From Octopus bimaculoides (taxonomy: Eukaryota): 52,180 nucleotides of DNA. The stretch spans positions 44,202,560 to 44,254,739 of the forward strand of contig NC_068996.1 of NCBI RefSeq assembly GCF_001194135.2, given 5' to 3'. Shown here in pieces: positions 21,592 through 34,194 of this stretch. How positions within the stretch are numbered: position 1 is the stretch's first letter; each line of letters starts with the position of its first letter. A model generated the notes under the pieces. It was not told the DNA's origin. It ran no database searches and worked only from the letters and a program-made list of their open reading frames with translations. Made by a program: the position numbers and the translations under genes.

Positions 21592-21763
21592 CATATGCAT
21601 ACATATATATGACGGGCTTCTTTCAATTTCTGTCTACCTAATCCACTCACAAGGCTTTGGTCGGCCCGAGGCTATAGTAGAAGACACTTACCCAAGGTGC
21701 CACGCAGTTGGAATGAACCTGGAACCATGTGGTCGGTAAGCAAGCTACTTACCACACAGCCAC
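21358..21763 (-). mobile_element. SINE family B, near full length
   Basis: Complete reverse copy with (TA)n core. Confidence 0.93.
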
Positions 21764-21779
21764 TGATCCACTAACAACA

Positions 21780-21910
21780 ACGGTGGTAATGGTGGTCGTG
21801 ATCGTACTAGTGGTGGTGGTGATGGTGGTGGGGGTTGTAGTCATAGCGATAGTGATAATTGTGATAATGATGGTGGTGGTGGTGGTGATGGTGGTGGTGG
21901 GCAGCACCAC
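21780..21910. repeat. Degenerate (GGT/GAT)n trinucleotide tract
   Basis: Direct reading. Confidence 0.85.
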
Positions 21911-22216
21911 CACCAAGTCTTTGTAGATCTGAGAATATTGAACTATCCAAATTCTTGAAAAGATGATGCATCTTATGGGTCCCTAATAATAAAAGATAAT
22001 AAAAATAAGAATAAAATTTCCCAGAGTCAAAACATAAAATGCAAACAAGTCATTAAATTCCTGATGGATATTATTTTCACCAGTGAAATAAATCTTTCCA
22101 TGGATCCTGTTTACACACACACACACACACANNNNNNNNNNNNNNNNNNNNNNNNNNNNNNNNNNNNNNNNNNNNNNNNNNNNNNNNNNNNNNNNNNNNN
22201 NNNNNNNNNNNNNNNN

Positions 22217-22272
<56 letters not shown>

Positions 22273-22594
22273 ACACAAGTTTATATACACCCTCACAAAA
22301 CTAGTGTGAGACAGAATCATAAAAGTAAGAAAAAATAAACCCAGATAAGGAAAATGATAATAATTATTACAACAATGCTAACAACAAAATCAAACAGGCC
22401 CAACTAGCATGACTATCACCGGTTAATTAGTCTCATAATAACTAATGATACATAAATATGAAGCATAGCTATTAAAATAGACAGAAGACTTTTTATGACT
22501 TCTTATAGTATACACATAAAAACTGTGGTGAATCTAAGCAAGCACTACCCCAAAATAGATAGAGGGTAGCATTATAAACACACACACACATGTA

Positions 22595-22761
22595 TAGGCA
22601 CAGGCATGGCTGTGTAGTAAAGACCTTGCTTAACAACCACATGGTTCCGGGTTCAGTCCCTCTGTGTGGTGCCTTATGTAAGAGTCTTTTACTTATAGCC
22701 TCGGACTGACCAAAAGCCTTGTAAGTGGATTTGGTCGATGGAAACTGAAAGAAGCCCATCG

Positions 22762-22792
<31 letters not shown>

Positions 22793-23038
22793 ATGTCTGT
22801 TTGTCTGTCTTTGTGCTTGTGTTTGTCTCCCCTCCCTTCCATTGCTTGACAACCAATGCTGGTATGCTTATGTCCCTGTAACTTAGTGCTTTGGCAAAAG
22901 AAGCTGATAGAACAAGTACCAGGCTTAATAAAAAAAAATAAGTGTGAGGGTCGACACCTTCAACTAAAAAGATTCTCTAAGGTGGTGCCCCAGCACGACC
23001 GCAGTCTGATTACTGAAACAATTAATAGGTAAAAGATA
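22595..23038 (+). mobile_element. SINE family B, full length, older
   Basis: Head GGCACAGGCATGGCTGTGTAG through to tail ACTGAAACAATTAATAGGTAAAAGATA. Confidence 0.88.
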
Positions 23039-23079
23039 TACTGAATAATATATTCCTTTCCTTACTTTACTGATTTTAA

Positions 23080-23445
23080 GGCGGCGAGCTGGCAGAAATG
23101 TTAGCACACCGGGCGAACTGCTTAGCGGTATTTCGTCTGCCACTGCGTTCTGAGTTCAAATTCCGCCGAGGTCGACTTTGCCTTTCCTCCTTTCGGGGTC
23201 GATAAATTAAGTACCAGTTACGCACTGGGGTCGATATAATCGACTTAATCCGTTTGTCTGTTCTTGTTTGTCCCCTCTGTGTGTAGCCCCTTGTGGGCAG
23301 TAAAGAAATAGGTATTTCATCTGTCTTTACATTCTGAGTTCAAATTCTCTTTTTTTTTGTGTGTGGGGGGGTTGCATTCTGGGGTCGATCTAATTCACTG
23401 GACCCTCCCCCAAAATTTCGGGCCTTGTGCCGAGAGTAGAAAAGA
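23080..23445 (+). mobile_element. SINE A (23080-23310) abutting a 5'-less A2 copy (23311-23445)
   Basis: Full A copy, followed immediately by GTATTTCATCTGTC...CCCAAAATTTCGGGCCTTGTGCCGAGAGTAGAAAAG. Confidence 0.88.
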
Positions 23446-23689
23446 TGAATTCATTGATTTTATTCACTGGAATTTTGGTCATACTGGAGCACTTATCATC
23501 AGTTGTTTTAGTAGCTTATTTGCATCATGTCAATAGATCCCATTATTCGTGTTGTATTGATCCATGTCATCAATCCCTATTTATCGACAATCTAAGCTAA
23601 TGTCTTTACAGAGAGTTACTGCCTTTATTGATGTACACTGGTACATACACATACACACTAACACACACACACACACACACGCACAAATA

Positions 23690-23730
<41 letters not shown>

Positions 23731-23734
<4 letters not shown>

Positions 23735-24290
23735 CTATGTTGTTAAGAAGTTGCTTCGCAACTGCGTGATTTCAGGTTTGGTCCCACAGCATGGTACCTT
23801 AGGCAAGCGTCTTCTACTATAGCCTTCAGCTAACTTAAGCCTTGTGAGTGAATTTGGTAGACAAGAACTGTGTGTGGAAGCCCAATATATTATCATCATC
23901 ATTTAACGTCCGTTGTCCATGTTGGCATGGGTTGGACAGTTTGACCAGGGCTGGTAAGCTGAGAGGCTGCACCAAACTCCAATCTGATTCAGCATGATAT
24001 CTGTGGCAGGATGCCTTTCTCAACGCCAACCAATCCAAGAGTGCAATGAGTGCTCTCGGATGTATATATGCATGTATGTGTCAGTGTGTTTGTCCACTCG
24101 CACACACTGCTTGACGACCACTGTTGGTTTGTTTTCATCCCACATCTTAGTGGTTTTGTCTAAGAGTCTGACACAAGTACCCAACAGTCTTAAAATAAGT
24201 TTTGCGGTTTGATTTGTCTGACTAACTTTACAAGGCATTGTTCCAGTATGGTTATAGTCCAGTGATTGGAGCAAGTAAAACAGTATTTAC
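23731..24290 (+). mobile_element. Old SINE B interrupted in its internal microsatellite by an RTE 3' end (23892-24047, minus strand)
   Basis: B head/CORE at 23731-23885; (CAT)n TTTAACGTCC..CATGTTGGCATGGG RTE tail; B 3' module at 24060-24290. Confidence 0.8.
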
Positions 24291-24564
24291 ATGCAATGAA
24301 TATTTATATGTCACTGGTTAATTATGCATTAATTAACTGCTGATAGTCATGATGGTCGGGTCTTTTTGATTTTATGGTTGCCATTATGATAATTATCATG
24401 CTTTTTTTCCTTTTGTGGGTTTTTTTTTTTCCTTATTTTTATGCATTCGTTTCATATTAAATTTTATGAGTATCTTTATAAGTGTACGTGTGCGTGTGTG
24501 TGTGTATGTGTGTGTTTTTATGTTTATGAGAGTGTGAGGGTGTCCATGAGTGAGTAGTAAACCC

Positions 24565-24595
<31 letters not shown>

Positions 24596-24838
24596 AATTG
24601 GATGCATGGAAAGATTTTTGTCACTGGTGAAAATATATCCATCATGAATTTTTATGTCTATTTTTTACCTTTGTTAAGTTTTCAAATGTGGGAAATTTTC
24701 ATTAGGGTTCAGTAAAATAATGCAATAACAATATATAAAATGCACTCAAACACATCTCGCTTATGCTTCTAACCACTAACTTAACCAAGTTTCTAGAAGT
24801 TTGGTGGTTGCATATTGTTATATCTGCACAGATTTAAC

Positions 24839-25407
24839 CCTTTAGTTTCCACATTACTCTGTCAGAAGTAATGGTTATCTATTCTCCTTTATTCATTTCA
24901 TTTAACATCTGTCGTCCATGCTGGTATGGGTTGGATGGTTTGACCAGGACTGGTAAGCTGAGTGGCTGCACCAGACCCCAGTCTGATTTGTCATGGTTTT
25001 CTATGGTTGGATGCCCTTCCTAATGCCAACCACTCCAAGAGTGTAATGGGTGCTATTACGTTCCACTGGCGTGACACCAGTATCTGCTATAACTATGGTT
25101 TCACTTGGCTTGGTGAGTCTTCTTTTCATGCACAACATATTACCATAATTTATCACTGCCTCTGTGAGTCCCAATGCTCAAAAGGTGCTTTTTACATTCC
25201 ACTGGCACAGGTGGAAGTTATGTGACACCAGCATTGGCCTTTGTTTTGTATTAATCATACATTATGTTGTAGTTTTTGAGATTTTGAAGAGGTGATAATT
25301 TTTAGAACAACATTGTAGGGTTGGTGCGAGAGGCCAGATCTGGCCAGTTTGATAATAAGACGGGTGGAATATTTTGGTCTGAATATGACTGGATTAAATG
25401 CTAAAGG
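24839..25407. mobile_element. piggyBac-type E MITE interrupted by an RTE fragment (24893-25238, minus strand)
   Basis: TTAA|CCCTTTAG at the left end and AATGCTAAAGGG|TTAA at the right end; the E body resumes at ~25240. Confidence 0.8.
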
Positions 25408-25436
25408 GTTAATGCTTCCCATTATCATTATTTTCA

Positions 25437-25545
25437 CAATCCTCCTCCTCCTCCTCATCATCATCGTCCCCATCACATCGTCCCTATCACAATCGTCCCC
25501 ACCACATCATCCCCATCACAATCGTCCCCACCACAACCACTGCCA
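25437..25545. repeat. (TCC)n(TCA)n seed plus ~14-15 bp ATCGTCCCCATCACA minisatellite
   Basis: About 5-6 imperfect units. Confidence 0.8.
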
Positions 25546-25684
25546 TGATCCCTGTTGTTGGTGTTATTTCAATACAAGTTTAGTTTTGCAATTGAAGTTG
25601 AAGCAGCAAAATGGCTTCAATTTGAATTGACTTAAAGATTTATATTATTTTGAATTGAACTGTTCAGCTATTGATATCATTGAA

Positions 25685-26085
25685 CCCCAGCATTTGACTG
25701 GTAGTTTGTTTTTATTGGCCTTGGAGGGATATAAAACATAATTGGCCTTGATGGAATTTGAACGAATGTAGAATGTAAAAGCGCTGAGCGTATATAACAC
25801 AAGACATTCTGTCTAATGGATGTTGTACTGATTCTTCCAGTGTACTACTACTACTACTACTACTACTACCACTACCACTGCTGCCACCAATCACTTCTTT
25901 TTATTACTGTCACACCGTCTCATGCATAGGTGCCTTCAGCAGAGTCTATTTTACTGTAAACACTTGAGCCAAACCTCTAGCCTGAGGTGTAGGGTTCATA
26001 CTGTCCAAAGTACAATCTAGTGAGATTGATCCTAGAACCTATGTCTTTTGCGAAAGCAAACCTCTTAACCGAACAGCCATACCTC
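25685..26085 (-). mobile_element. Highly degraded A2 (25685-25830) and B head (25925-26085) fragments
   Basis: GGCCTTGATGGAATTTGAACGAATGTAG; GATTGATCCTAGAACCTATG..GAAAGCAAACCTCTTAACCGAACAGCC. Confidence 0.5.
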
Positions 26086-26698
26086 TAGAATCCTGTGACC
26101 ACAATGCAAATCCAAAGACCTAGTCTTTGGTGATGAGGCAGTACTGTAACTTATAATAAATACTTACCACTCAACTCGAATTAACCGGATTTCATGAATC
26201 AGAGAATCAGATGAAAAGTCAAGAAACAAACATAAAAAGGAAAATGTCTAAAAAAAAAAAAAAGCACAAAAATTTAAATAAAAAAAAATTGAGAGAAATA
26301 AGTAAAATAACCTGTACAAATAAAAAAAGTAAGATAGAAAAAAATACAATTAAAAATAAATAAATGGTTACTAAACGAGTCTGGTAAATAAATTGAAAAC
26401 AATAGAAAAGAGAACAACAAAAATACAATAGAATTGTACAGGTTGAAATGAGTGTATTTTAATGTGTTATTAAGAAGCTCCAGTTCAGGTTTAATTAGAA
26501 TTTAAATAGCAAAGTCAATTTTGAGAACTTAAAAAGAAGACGTTGGTCATGCCATATATCACCTTCCATGTTATATGTATTGTGTGTGTGTATGTGTGCT
26601 GTATGTGCATGTGTGTTTTTTTTTGTGTTTGTGTGTGGTGCTGTGTGTGTACATGTATATAAAAAATACACACACACATACACAGACATATATTTTTA

Positions 26699-27001
26699 CA
26701 TCATCATCATCATCATCATCGTTTAACGTCTGCCTTCCATGCTAGCATGGGTTGAACGATTTGACTGAGGACTGGCAAACCAGATGGCTGCACCAGGCTC
26801 CAATCTGATCTGGCAGAGTTTCTACAGCTGGATGCCCTTCCTAACACCAACCACTCCGAGAGTGTAATGGATGCTTTTACATGCCACTGGCACGAGGGCC
26901 AGTCAAGCGGTACTGGCAACGGCCACGCTTAAAATGGTCTTTTTTATGTGCCACCTACACAGGAGCCAGTCCAGTGGCACTGGCAACGACCTCGCTCGGG
27001 A
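26699..27001 (-). mobile_element. RTE (family C) 3' UTR fragment
   Basis: (CAT)n CGTTTAACGTC..CCATGCTAGCATGGG..GGATGCCCTTCCTAACACCAACCACTCC plus two 66-bp units. Confidence 0.9.
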
Positions 27002-27035
27002 CATACATACCTACACTGATACATGTGCATACACG

Positions 27036-27080
<45 letters not shown>

Positions 27081-27163
27081 GTATATATATACAAAACATA
27101 CATTTCTTCAGTCATGCAAATACATACATGCACACATGTACACATACACACACCATTATCATC

Positions 27164-27720
27164 ATCATCATCATCATCTGTCTTTCCCATGTTTGCATGG
27201 GTCAGACAGAATTTAATGAGGCAGATTTTTTATAGCTGGATGCTCTTCCTGTTGCCAATCCTTACCTGTTTCCAGATAAGACAGTATCTCCCTATGACTA
27301 TGCATGCTTTTTTGCAGAAAATTAGCAACAAACACACCTCAGAAGCCTGCACACACACACACACACACACATACACACACACACATGCACATGTGCTTAT
27401 ACACATGCATATATAAGGCAGGCTTCTTTCAGTTTCCTATTTCTTTACTACCCACAAGGAGCTACACACAGAAGGGGACAAACAAGAACAGACAAATGAA
27501 TTAAGTCGATTACATCGACTCCAGTGCATAACTGGTACTTAATTTATCGACCCTGAAAGGATGAAAGGCAAAGTCGACCTTGGCGGAATTTGAACTTGGA
27601 GCGCAACGGCAGACGAAATATCACTAAGCATTTCACCCGGCGTGCTAATGATTCTGCCAGCTCGCCGCCTTTTTCTTTCAGTTTCTGTCTCCCAACTCAA
27701 CTTACAAGGACTGCAGTTAG
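27164..27720 (-). mobile_element. SINE B/F variant (RTE-derived tail 27164-27335) interrupted by SINE A (27437-27669)
   Basis: F tail with (GAT)n. The A copy is flanked by TTCTTTCAGTTTC at 27424-27436 and 27672-27684. Confidence 0.85.
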
Positions 27721-27729
27721 TTCATAGCT

Positions 27730-28250
27730 ATTATACTTCACATTTGTTTAGGGTGCCCCATGGTAGGACCAATTTCACAAGCATACTCAGAAGTATCTTA
27801 CAATCTTGCCATAATCAGTGTTTCATCTTGTTCTCTGAGAGAGAGCCTGGATTGTAGTATCGATAAACAAAATACCAGTAATTGTACTCTAGTCATGTCA
27901 GTTAATGCTATCTATAATATTCTACATCCTAGTGCTACTACTATGCATATAGGCATCCTGGGTTACATCCAGAGAAGGGCCACTTGATTGATTGGCATAG
28001 GCATACTGTTTCCATTTTCTATCATTCCTATTGCTACTATAATGGCCTCTGTTTCTCAGAACTGCTTGATCCTGTGTCTCAATCACTTAGGTATCCCAAA
28101 CTGACTTGCATCTCCATATTTCATCACTCTTGTACTGTGCAACATCCGCCCCCCTCACTATCCACTAACTCTTATGTTTAGTCTTTCTTCCTCAGAACAT
28201 CACCATTCCACTGGGATCTTCCTCACTGCTCATGTCTTTCCTGTATGTGT
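27730..28250 (+). pseudogene. Decayed L2/CR1-group LINE ORF2 C-terminal fragment
   Basis: Across frameshifts: HPSATTMHIGILGYIQRRAT*LIG / VSIFYHSYCYYNGLCFSELLDPVSQSLRYPKLTC..HHSCTVQ..TNSYV*SFFLRTS. Same motif series as 1010-1800. Confidence 0.72.
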
Positions 28251-28353
28251 TAAGCTGTAACAGTTTTGAACTGAACATTAATGGCAACAAACTCACCAGT
28301 CTTGGAGAGTCTGCGAAGGTCATGAGCAACGGTCCTTTCCATAAGACTCAGAA

Positions 28354-28386
<33 letters not shown>

Positions 28387-28389
28387 AAT

Positions 28390-28805
28390 AATCCTCTCTA
28401 TTATAGACACAATTTGGGGGAAATTTGGGGGAAGGGGGCTAGTCAGTTATTTTACTTAATTTATCGAACCCAAATTGATGAAAGGCAAAACCAACCTTGG
28501 CGGAATTTGAACTCAGAATGTAAAGACAGATGAATTGCTGCTAAGCATTTTGTCCAGTGTGCTAATGATTGTCAGCTTACTGCCTTAATAAGAATAAGAA
28601 TAAGAATAATAATCCTTTCTACTAAAGGCACAAGGTCTGAAATTTGGGTTGATTACATCGACCCCAGTGTTTCACTGGTACTTAATTTATCGATCCTGAA
28701 AGGGTGAAAGGTAACGTTGACTATGGCTGAATTTGAACTCAGAACGTAAAGATTGATGAAACACCACTAACTATTTCGTCCAGTGGGCTAACAATTCTGC
28801 TGCCT
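28390..28805 (-). mobile_element. Two head-to-tail SINE A2 copies (28390-28586, 28612-28805) embedded in (TAA)n
   Basis: A2 body occurs twice, with (TAA)n/(TAAGAA)n before, between and after. Confidence 0.85.
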
Positions 28806-29107
28806 TATTAATAATGATAATAACAATAATAATAATAATAATAATAATGATAATAGTAAGCCTTACCGTGTTACATTATATGATTCATGTCATACCATGC
28901 AATACTTTTAGTGGTTTTTACCCGGCACAACTTTAACAGTCTATTTTGTTGCAAATATTTAGGGGGCAGGACGGGTGTCTCTAGTTTGGGGACAACTTCC
29001 TGCCATCGGTTCATCAAACCCAGAGGCCCAGTGAAAGGTTGCTAGCAGTGCCTTTCCTCTTCTGACCAAATCCTTAAAAACACACACAGGCATATAAAAA
29101 ACAAACA

Positions 29108-29373
29108 TGAGTGGCTGTGTGGTAAGTAGCTTGCTTACCAACCACATGGTTCCGGGTTCAGTCCCACTGCATGGCACCTTGGGCGAGTGTCTTCTACTAT
29201 AGCCTCGGTCCGACCAAAGCTTTGTGAGTGAATTTGGTAGACGGAAACTGAAAGAAGCCCATCGTATATATANNNNNNNNNNNNNNNNNNNNNNNNNNNN
29301 NNNNNNNNNNNNNNNNNNNNNNNNNNNNNNNNNNNNNNNNNNNNNNNNNNNNNNNNNNNNNNNNNTATATATA

Positions 29374-29416
<43 letters not shown>

Positions 29417-29633
29417 ATATGTTTGTGTGTCTGTGTTTGTCCCCCCAACATCGCTTGACAACCGATGCTGGTGTGTTTACGTCCCCCCCGTAACTTAGCG
29501 GTTTGGCAAAAAGAGACCAATAGAATAAGTACTAGGCTTACAAAGAATAAGTCCTGGGGTCGATTTGCTCGACTAAAGCTGGTGCCCCAGCATGGCCGCA
29601 ATCAGAATGACTGAAACAAGTAAAAGAGTAAAA
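29108..29633 (+). mobile_element. SINE family B, full length; gap inside the internal (TA)n
   Basis: Head, CORE, 3' module and (AAAGAGT) tail all present. Confidence 0.93.
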
Positions 29634-29902
29634 AAGAAACTAAGTAAAAAACAAAAAAATATTCAAAAAACAAACACCAAGCATTGTGTATTAATTACAT
29701 TAATGGGAATTGGAAATTGTTTTCTGCTTACATAAAGAAAGTGATCAATATTCATTTATTGTTTCAAATGTTGCTATTTTCTTTATCAATGCTAAGATAC
29801 TTGAGCTAGTAACCTAAATATTTCTTAAGCTAACTAGGTCATTGTCTATATTTGTAAGTGATCTAATTCTCTTTCATAAATCCTCTGTATATCAAATTGT
29901 TG

Positions 29903-30118
29903 TTTAACCCCAGTTCAACTCTGATTGAGAAGAAAACCTTCCAGCCATGACCATCCTGTTTTTTGTTTTTGTTTTTTTGTAGTTCCCACATGTATCTAAG
30001 ATATTATTGAAAGGGTCCTGCCTGTTTTTAAATAAGATTGTAGAGATGTGATTTAGTGGAGAATTAGCTTCTATTTCTAGCATAACAAGTGGGCATATCA
30101 AGGCTCCCTCATTGACTC
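29903..30118 (-). mobile_element. Family G retroposon 3' end with (CAA)n tail
   Basis: TTGTTGTTTAACCCCAG...CCAGCCATGACCATCCTG...CTATTTCTAGCA...GAGGCTCCCTCATTG. Related fragments at ~7976-8140, 8465-8530, 30648-30720, 35944-36040, 41830-41965, 41975-42120. Confidence 0.6.
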
Positions 30119-30251
30119 ATACATACACACATATAGTTACAATAGGAAGATGTAAATTGAGAGGTATTCAGCTATCTGCTACATCTTGTAAGCCTAGCTA
30201 CCTTGTAGAGGTTTTTTGATGGCGGTTTCATACATTTATATATACATAGCA

Positions 30252-30645
30252 TAGGTACAGGTGTGGCTGTGTGGTAAAAAGCTTGCTTCTCAACCACATG
30301 GATCCAGGTTCAGTCCCACTGCTTGGAACCTTGGGCAAGTGTCTTCTACTATAGCCTCGGGCCGACCAAAGCCTTGTGAGTGGATTTGGTAGACGGAAAC
30401 TGAAAGAAGCCCGTCATATATATGTGTTTGTGTTTGTGTCAGTCCCCCCATCATTGCATGACAACCTGTGTTGATGTGTTTATGTCGCTGTAACTCACCA
30501 GTTCAGCAAAAGAGACTGATAGAATAAGTACTAAGCTTACAAAGAATAAGTCCTGGGGTTGATTTCTTCGACTAAAAAAAAAACCTTTAAAGGCAGTGCT
30601 CCAGCATGGCCATAGTTGTTTGAAACGAGTAAAAGAGTAAGAGAA
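30252..30645 (+). mobile_element. SINE family B, full length with a short internal microsatellite
   Basis: Complete copy. Confidence 0.92.
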
Positions 30646-31179
30646 TGGGGTGTGATTTATGAATTTTGCTCTTATTTCTAGCATACTGAATGACTACATA
30701 GAGGCTCCTTCATTGACGATTGCATGCTTAATTATATTTACATAACATAGTATGGTATGATTTAGGATCATATTTGGTTGCTTGCTCAAACGAAGAGGCT
30801 CCCTGACTTGATCGTCACACCTCAAGTAACTTAAAGTTGGTGGAAAAGAAGAAAATATTTTATGACAAAGAAGAAAAATGAAACAATAAAAATCAAATAA
30901 AGAAATAAATATAAGAAACAAACTACCTCACTGATTAAATAAATTAAATAATGTATAGTTTCTTATACAACTTTGTGGCTCGTTAAAAATGAGGTAACAT
31001 GATGTTGCTATTTTTCTTAACAAGCATTAGCAACATACTCCTTCTTTGCCTCCTTTTCATGTTGGTCACGATGATTATCAAGTAAATAGGTCAGACTGTT
31101 TAATTAAAGTTCAAAGTAGCCTCTTTTGTTAGAGAAAGCAACTAAGTCTGCCCCCTAAATTATATCATACCATACTATG

Positions 31180-31214
<35 letters not shown>

Positions 31215-31217
<3 letters not shown>

Positions 31218-31367
31218 TCCTTTCTACTCTAGGCACAAGGCCTGAAATTTTTGGGGAGGGGACCAGTCAATTAGATCGGCCCCAGTACACAACTGGTGCT
31301 TAGTTTATCGACCCCGAAAGGATGAAAGGCAAAGTCGACCTCAGCGGAATTCGAACTCAGAACGTAA

Positions 31368-31371
<4 letters not shown>
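31215..31371 (-). mobile_element. SINE A2, head lost at the (TA)n/gap
   Basis: CCTTTCTACTCTAGGCACAAGGCCTGAAATTTT..GAAAGGATGAAAGGCAAAGTCGACC. Confidence 0.85.
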
Positions 31372-31400
<29 letters not shown>

Positions 31401-32064
31401 NNNNNNNNNNNNNNNNNNNNNNNNNNNNNNNNNNNNNNNNNNNNNNNNNNNNNNNNNNNNNNNNNNNNNNNNNNNNNNNNNNNNNNNNNNNNNNNNNNNN
31501 NNNNNNNNNNNNNNNNNNNNNNNNNNNNNNNNNNNNNNNNNNNNNNNNNNNNNNNNNNNNNNNNNNNNNNNNNNNNNNNNNNNNNNNNNNNNNNNNNNNN
31601 NNNNNNNNNNNNNNNNNNNNNNNNNNNNNNNNNNNNNNNNNNNNNNNNNNNNNNNNNNNNNNNNNNNNNNNNNNNNNNNNNNNNNNNNNNNNNNNNNNNN
31701 NNNNNNNNNNNNNNNNNNNNNNNNNNNNNNNNNNNNNNNNNNNNNNNNNNNNNNNNNNNNNNNNNNNNNNNNNNNNNNNNNNNNNNNNNNNNNNNNNNNN
31801 NNNNNNNNNNNNNNNNNNNNNNNNNNNNNNNNNNNNNNNNNNNNNNNNNNNNNNNNNNNNNNNNNNNNNNNNNNNNNNNNNNNNNNNNNNNNNNNNNNNN
31901 NNNNNNNNNNNNNNNNNNNNNNNNNNNNNNNNNNNNNNNNNNNNNNNNNNNNNNNNNNNNNNNNNNNNNNNNNNNNNNAACTCTGTGAGTGTAGGTGTGT
32001 GTGTGCGTGTGTGTGTGCAGAAGGGAAGTATGTGAATGTTTGTATGTGTGATTTATTATGTACC

Positions 32065-32431
32065 TTATTACCTCTGCCTTAGCGAAGGTGGAGGTATTAT
32101 TTTCAGTCATGTTTGTTTGTCCATGGACAAGATATCTCAAGAATCGCTGGATGGATTCGGATGAAACTTTCAGGGATGTTTGACCTCATGACTGGCACAA
32201 ACTGATTAGATTTTGGGATCGATCTGGTACCAGACAAGGATTCTGGATTATTTTTCCTGTTTTTTTTACTTAATTTTTGAGAGTGGTCAGGTTCATTTTT
32301 AGTATTCTCGTTTGAAGGAGCAGTCCTGTTTATTTAAGATATTCGCATTTAAAAAATCATCTCTGGATAATCGTTGAGAGGACATTGGTGTTGCCTTGGT
32401 GCAGGTTTGCGCTCTCTTAGTGCTCTTGTTT
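32065..32431 (+). mobile_element. Helentron-associated (HINE/DINE-1-like) non-autonomous element
   Basis: 5' hairpin ACCTCTGCC-ttagcgaa-GGTGGAGGT, short (GTTT)n, 3' sub-terminal repeat GGTGCAGGT, terminal hairpin GCGCTC..TAGTGC then TTGTTT. Second copy at 45177-45468. Superfamily assigned from architecture only. Confidence 0.6.
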
Positions 32432-32704
32432 ATGTATAAAATACTACAATTAGCCATCATTTTTGACGGCACGTGGTCAACTAGTGTTATATATATTGTG
32501 TTTGTATGGATATAAGACAATTGTAGCAATGCCAGATAACACATTCGTCTGTTTTTACATTTTTACACCACACTTAGTTTCATTCATCGTTGGATACTAT
32601 TGGAATTGCAGATTATATAACAATGGCCATCTTCCTTCTTTGAAACCTTCTGTCCTATTGTAAGAGATTACTTAACTGTCTGCTTTATGCGATTTTGTCT
32701 AACT

Positions 32705-33215
32705 CAGGCCTGACCAACTCAAATTGCATTGCAGGCCACTTTAATCACAAAGTCTTTTGAGGAGCTGCTTATATACTCATGGTTTCTACTCTAGGCACAA
32801 GGCCTGAAACTTTTTGGGATTGGGCCGGTCGAGTAGATTGATCCCAGTATGCAACTGGTACTTAATTTATCCCAAAAGGATGAATGGCGAAGTTGACTTT
32901 GGCAGAATTTGAACTCAGAACGTAAAGGCAGATGAAATGCCACTAAGCATCTGACCCAGCTTGCTAACGTTTCTGCCACCTTCTCATGCTATTATTACAA
33001 TAATGAATGAATGATCGTTGATTCAACATGAAATGTTATCATTGCATAAACAGTAGTATCTTTCTTTTTTTACTTTTCATTACAATCTTTAATTTCTGAT
33101 AAAATTTCAAAAATGTTTGTTCAAATAAACCCATTGCAAGTAAGTATCAAGCGGGCTGCAAGATAAAAGTCTGCGAGCTGCATGCATTCTTCTTGCCTCA
33201 GATTGGCCAGCCTTG
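32705..33215. mobile_element. hAT-type MITE containing a SINE A2 insertion (about 32785-32980, minus strand)
   Basis: Termini CAGGCCTGACCAA / TTGGCCAGCCTTG; 8-bp flanks GTCTAACT (32697-32704) and GTCTAACC (33216-33223). Confidence 0.75.
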
Positions 33216-33301
33216 GTCTAACCAGTTAGCGGTGTGCTTCAATTTACTCTGCCTTGATCCTTTATGGATCCATTGTAATTAAAACCATATTTATATATAT
33301 A

Positions 33302-33696
33302 TACTCTCTTTTACTTGTTTCAGTCATTTGACTGCGGCCATGCTGGAGCACCACCTTTAGTCGAGCAAATCAACCCCGGGACTTATTCTTTGTAAGCCTA
33401 GTACTTATTCTATCGGTCTCTTTTGCCGAACCGCTAAGTTACGGGGACATAAACACACCAGCATCGGTTGTCAAGCAATGCTAGGGGGACAAGCACAGAC
33501 ACACAAACACACACACACATATATATATATATATACATATATACGACGGGCTTCTTTCAGTTTCCGTCTACCAAATCCACTCACAAGGCTTTGGTCGGCC
33601 CGAGGCTATAGTAGAAGACACTTGCCCAAGATGCCACGCAGTGGGACTGAACCCGGAACCATGTGGTTGGTAAGCAAGCTACTTACCACACAGCCA
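33302..33696 (-). mobile_element. SINE family B, near full length, little diverged
   Basis: Complete reverse copy. Confidence 0.94.
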
Positions 33697-34129
33697 TATC
33701 GTCATTGTTTTTATGTCTACTTACTATACTGGTATGAATCCAGCAAATTATTATGGTCTGAGTCCTTATTTAGAGTTACTGTGCTCTCCTGGATAATTAG
33801 ACCACATCCTGCTCTTTCATTCCATTTTGGGCACAGCTGGCGGCTAGATACAAGCATCTGTATGCGGGCTTATATGGCCAAATAACAGTTATATATTTAC
33901 ATATATTTGCATATGCTTGTATGTGTTTGTGACTGTAAGCTCAATATGTGTGTTTATGTATCTGTATGTAAGATTCATGTGATTACATATACATGACACA
34001 CAATCAATCAATCAATACATAGTTATCTTGCGTAATTGTTTTATTGATTATTAATTGTAAGTTTTTTTTAAATTTTTTTTTTAACACATTAGGGTCTAAT
34101 CTGTTAATGTTTCCAACCAGTATTAAGTG

Positions 34130-34194
<65 letters not shown>

